A DNA stretch of 40,786 nucleotides from positions 1 through 40,786 of the forward strand of contig JAKSMF010000003.1 of NCBI GenBank assembly GCA_024400775.1. Direction: 5' to 3'. The notes under the pieces were generated by a model. It was given only the letters and a program-made list of their open reading frames with translations. It was not told the origin of the DNA and did not search any database. Below, piece by piece: positions 37,585-40,786 of this stretch; positions within the stretch are counted from its first letter, which is position 1, and every line of letters begins with the position of its first letter. The position numbers were made by a program, and so were the translations under genes. This DNA comes from Bacteroidales bacterium (GTDB lineage Bacteria; Bacteroidota; Bacteroidia; Bacteroidales; WCHB1-69).

Positions 37585-38547
37585 ATGAAGAGAACAGTGC
37601 TCGTTTTCATGGCAATCTTGATGGTTTCGTCGGCTTTCGGTCAGCGGAAAGGGAAAGGTTGTGACTTCCGGTTTTGGGCGGACTCGTTGGACCGTCTGCG
37701 TGTGGAGTCAATGACGGCGCGCACCGAGGTTGAACGTTACAGTCTGAACGAAGACTTCACCAACCTGCTGGAGCTGACGTTAAACGAAGAAAACTCCTTC
37801 AAATTCGGGTGGGATTCGGTCAAGAACTTTTCGGTGCTGACCTCGCCAGACAAACTTTTCAAAATCTTCACGTGGTTCATTCCGAAAGACGATTACACCG
37901 TTGAAAATCTCGGTTTTATCCAGGTTTATAAGGATGGCCGAAAGAAATACGTGCTGGACCCGCTGTTTGACCGTCGCGTAACGATGGACTATCCGAAAAC
38001 GACCATCGGCAACCAGAACAAATGGTACGGCGCGGTCTATTACAACCTCATTCCCATGAAGACGAAAAACCGCACCTACTACACGCTGCTCGGCTGGAAC
38101 GGGAATGATTTGTTCACGAATCAGAAAGTAATTGAAGTATTGTATTTTAAGCAGGATATGTCGCCGGTTTTCGGGGCCAACATTTTCAAAAAATACAATG
38201 AAAAAGCCTATCGTATCATCTTTGAATATGCCAAAAATTCGGTTTTTTCGTTGAAGTACGAAAACCACACGTACGATGTCGGAACAGGCAAACGCGATCC
38301 GAAAACACACACGGTGATTTATGAAACAATGACCGCGGACATGATTATCTTCGACGACATCGCGCCGTTGGACGACTTCATGGGCAACGTGGCGGCGTTC
38401 ATGGTACCCGAATCCAGCATGAATCACGGATTCATCCAAGACAATGGCAAGTGGCTGTATCTGAACAGCGTCAACGGCCGCAATCCCGACAAGGACAAAC
38501 CAGCGCACCAGGTAAAAGCCCGCGAATACTACAATCCCAACAATTAG
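37585..38547 (+). CDS. Exported hypothetical protein
   Basis: Signal peptide; long ORF with coding-like composition; motifs SPDKLFKIFTW, WYGAVYY, YTLLGWNG and KVIEVL. Confidence 0.78.
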   Translation: MKRTVLVFMAILMVSSAFGQRKGKGCDFRFWADSLDRLRVESMTARTEVERYSLNEDFTNLLELTLNEENSFKFGWDSVKNFSVLTSPDKLFKIFTWFIPKDDYTVENLGFIQVYKDGRKKYVLDPLFDRRVTMDYPKTTIGNQNKWYGAVYYNLIPMKTKNRTYYTLLGWNGNDLFTNQKVIEVLYFKQDMSPVFGANIFKKYNEKAYRIIFEYAKNSVFSLKYENHTYDVGTGKRDPKTHTVIYETMTADMIIFDDIAPLDDFMGNVAAFMVPESSMNHGFIQDNGKWLYLNSVNGRNPDKDKPAHQVKAREYYNPNN

Positions 38548-38548
38548 T

Positions 38549-38751
38549 TATTGCTATCCGGTAAACATTTTGGAACTGCGAATAACAGAATTATTCCTTT
38601 TCGAATTATCTTTTTTGGGGGACACTGCAAAGCAGGAGGAACGTCTGATAATGGCGATTATGGAGATGAGAGATCTTTTAATTGAAAATTGAAAGGTGAA
38701 AATTGAAAATTATTTTCAGCTGCATTTTTCAACTTTTATCGGACAGCAATA
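38549..38751. mobile_element. MITE-like element (~203 bp) with 17-bp imperfect terminal inverted repeats and internal heptamer repeats
   Basis: Left end TATTGCTATCCGGTAAA (38549-38565); right end 38735-38751 reverse-complements to TATTGCTGTCCGATAAA (15/17). No transposase gene. A second related left portion starts at 40605. Confidence 0.65.
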
Positions 38752-38784
38752 AAATCAATCTGAAGCGGTGCAAAAAGCCTCCTA

Positions 38785-39483
38785 TCAGTGTGCTGTCGCC
38801 AAGGTCACGACGCTGACGCGCACACCTTCGACTTCCAATAATTTCTGGATGGCGGCTTCCGTTGTGGCACCCGTGGTCAGCACATCGTCGCACACAATCA
38901 CATGCTTTCCCGCAAGTGTCTCTTTATCAGCAACGGTGAAGACTTCTTTGACATTTTCCCAGCGGTTGAAGCGTGATTTTTTGGTTTGCGTTTCGGTGAA
39001 GGTTTGGCGCACCAAAATATGCGTATCGTATGGAATCTGCAAACCCGCGCTCAAGCCCTTGGCGATCCATTCGCTTTGGTTGTAACCTCTGGATTTCAGT
39101 TTTTTGGGGTGCAGCGGTATCGGCAGAATAAGGTCGTAATCAGCAAATTTGCCGGAGGCTGCCAGCTTACGACCATACAATTTACCCAGATACTCCCCTA
39201 TCTCCTTATTTCCTTTGTACTTGAGTTGATGAAGCACATTTTGCACATAGTTACCTTTTCGAAAAAACAGAAAGGAGAATGCGTGTTCAACAGGCGCACG
39301 ACCAAGAAACACCTCATCCAAAGGATTGTCATTCCCGACATGATAATTCGTTTCTGGCAGATGCAGCAGGCAATTCAGGCACAAATGTTCCTCGTTTTCC
39401 TGCAAAACATCACCACAACCGACGCAACTTCTAGGATAAAATACTGATAATAAGCCATCTAGAAAGCGAAATATTTTTTTCAT
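38785..39483 (-). CDS. comF: ComF family phosphoribosyltransferase-like protein with zinc ribbon
   Basis: CVGC...CLNC, LKY, PIPLH..K..RGYNQS and DDVLTTGAT. Confidence 0.92.
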   Translation of the reverse strand: MKKIFRFLDGLLSVFYPRSCVGCGDVLQENEEHLCLNCLLHLPETNYHVGNDNPLDEVFLGRAPVEHAFSFLFFRKGNYVQNVLHQLKYKGNKEIGEYLGKLYGRKLAASGKFADYDLILPIPLHPKKLKSRGYNQSEWIAKGLSAGLQIPYDTHILVRQTFTETQTKKSRFNRWENVKEVFTVADKETLAGKHVIVCDDVLTTGATTEAAIQKLLEVEGVRVSVVTLATAH

Positions 39484-39501
39484 AGCAAGACAATTTTGTA
39501 G

Positions 39502-39533
39502 TAAATTTGCAGTTTAATTAGAGTGCAAATATA
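39502..39533. promoter_or_regulatory. Face-to-face overlapping -7 boxes for comF (-) and the 39544 gene (+)
   Basis: TAAATTTG on + at 39502-39509 and TATATTTG on - at 39533-39526, both followed by CA, in a 60-bp intergenic gap. Confidence 0.6.
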
Positions 39534-39543
39534 CTAGTAAAAA

Positions 39544-40506
39544 ATGGAAACAGCCGATTCTTTTAACAAAAAAAATTCCAAAAATTTCATCAACGACCAT
39601 GCAGGTCTTTGGGCAATTTTAGCCGCCCTGTTTTTTATCACAACGGTAATTTTTGCGATACTCTATTTTGGCAAAAATTCTGATTTCAAGGAAGTTGTCG
39701 CTCAAGAAGAACAGAGTGTTCAAGACAATCAGGACTTGATTCGCCAGTTGGATTCATTGAAGGCCGAACATGCGCGCATCAAGGCAGAAGCTGGCGCCCT
39801 CGCCGATTCTTTGTCGGTACAAGACAGCGTAATTATGGCTCAGATTGCTGAAATCGAAGGCCTTATGGCTCGCCAAGCAGACTACAACAGCATCAAGCGC
39901 AAGCTGGAAAGAGTACAGAAAATCTCCAAAGATTATGTACATCAGATGGATAGCTTGATTGTCATTCAGCATCAGTTGGAGCAGAAGAACGAAGCTCTGA
40001 ACACCGAGCTCACGCAAACCAAAGAGGCGAAGGCTACGGTAGAACAGCAGAATGTCGAACTCACCACCCGAATGAACGAAGCGGCACAGCTGTCGGCCAA
40101 CAACATACGAGCTTGCTGCGTCTATAGGAAGAGTAAGAGCAATCCGGAAGTTGAGACCAAGAAGGCGAGAGATGCCGAACGCATCAAGACCACGCTGACG
40201 CTGGCGAAGAACACGTTGGTACCTGCCGGGACCTACAATGTATATTGCAGAATCTCCTGTCCGGGCGACGGTCACGTACTTTGCGCGGGCAAATCGGATG
40301 CCTACTCTTTCATGAACAACGGGCAACGCCTGCAATACACAGTGAAATCAAGCGTCAACTACGTTAACCACGCGGAAAGCGTAACGATGTATTGGAATAT
40401 TTCAGAACAAGACCAAAAGAAATTCAAAGAGATGCGTGGAACGTTCATCGTCCAAGTATTTTCCGACAACGGTCTGTTAGGCGAAACCCGCTTCACACTT
40501 GAATAA
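39544..40506 (+). CDS. Membrane-anchored coiled-coil hypothetical protein
   Basis: Single TM (AGLWAILAALFFITTVIFAILYF), about 130 aa of heptad coiled coil, and a C-terminal beta domain (GTFIVQVFSDNGLLGETRFTLE). Confidence 0.8.
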   Translation: METADSFNKKNSKNFINDHAGLWAILAALFFITTVIFAILYFGKNSDFKEVVAQEEQSVQDNQDLIRQLDSLKAEHARIKAEAGALADSLSVQDSVIMAQIAEIEGLMARQADYNSIKRKLERVQKISKDYVHQMDSLIVIQHQLEQKNEALNTELTQTKEAKATVEQQNVELTTRMNEAAQLSANNIRACCVYRKSKSNPEVETKKARDAERIKTTLTLAKNTLVPAGTYNVYCRISCPGDGHVLCAGKSDAYSFMNNGQRLQYTVKSSVNYVNHAESVTMYWNISEQDQKKFKEMRGTFIVQVFSDNGLLGETRFTLE

Positions 40507-40529
40507 ACGGCGGCAGTAGCTGAAAACAG

Positions 40530-40569
40530 AAAGCGCAGTCAATGGCAACATCGTGACTGCGCTTTTTTT
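40530..40569 (+). terminator. Rho-independent terminator
   Basis: AAAGCGCAGTCA...TGACTGCGCTTT followed by a T run. Confidence 0.82.
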
Positions 40570-40604
40570 GCTATAAGCTGGAAGTGGAAAGCATTTTTAG
40601 GCAA

Positions 40605-40786
40605 TATTGCTGTCCCGTAAACATTATTCCAACCACAAAAGACAATATTTCCGGTTCAGTCTTATTTGTTTCAGGTTTATGACGGAGTAAGTTCCGATAA
40701 TAGTGATTATGGAGATGAGAGATGAGAGATGAGAGATAAGAGATAAGAGATAAGAGATAAGAGATGAGAGATAAGAGATAAGAGAT
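40605..40786. mobile_element. Second copy of the MITE-like element, truncated by the window end
   Basis: TATTGCTGTCCCGTAAACATT matches the first copy at 19/21. GGAGTAAGTTCCGATAATAGTGATTATGGAGATGAGAGAT matches at 34/40, at similar spacing. Confidence 0.6.
40710..40786 (+). repeat. Heptamer tandem repeat ([G/A]AGAGAT)x10 running to the window end
   Basis: TGGAGAT, then GAGAGAT x3, AAGAGAT x4, GAGAGAT, AAGAGAT x2. Confidence 0.95.

Noticed and set aside
40710-40786. CRISPR array or telomere-like end
   Set aside because: 7-nt units with no spacers and no cas genes; a tandem repeat at a window or contig edge explains it.

Overview
40.8 kb of core chromosome from a Bacteroidota organism, most likely Bacteroidales (inferred from TAnnTTTG -7 promoter boxes, AT-rich translation starts and a T9SS operon). 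In order: rpmD-rplO (partial), a small lipoprotein, PHP/HisJ phosphatase, M28 peptidase, ftsY, lipoprotein-buk, nadK, flavin reductase, a secreted hypothetical, a PIF1-like helicase, a stand-alone clostridial-type lysine 2,3-aminomutase (kamA), tRNA-Val(CAC), the type IX secretion/gliding operon porP-gldK-gldL-gldM-gldN, a 1162-aa putative outer-membrane barrel with a SprA-like motif, M23 peptidase, GH73-LysM hydrolase, speA, an ABC-F/Uup gene interrupted by an in-frame TAA, a TPR protein, tig-clpP-clpX, a TlpA-like redoxin, two hypotheticals, comF and a coiled-coil membrane protein. I saw no integrase, transposase, phage or CRISPR locus. The most notable signals are: (1) rpmD-rplO detached from rpsE and given its own promoter and ~185-nt leader; (2) a MITE-like element with terminal inverted repeats (one complete copy, one truncated) that carries period-7 tandem repeats, which also recur just after several stop codons; (3) the SprA-motif barrel and two peptidoglycan hydrolases co-oriented upstream of the T9SS motor; (4) an in-frame TAA in the ABC-F gene at a position where homologues usually have Tyr or Phe. 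All protein calls come from recalled motifs; no database search was run.
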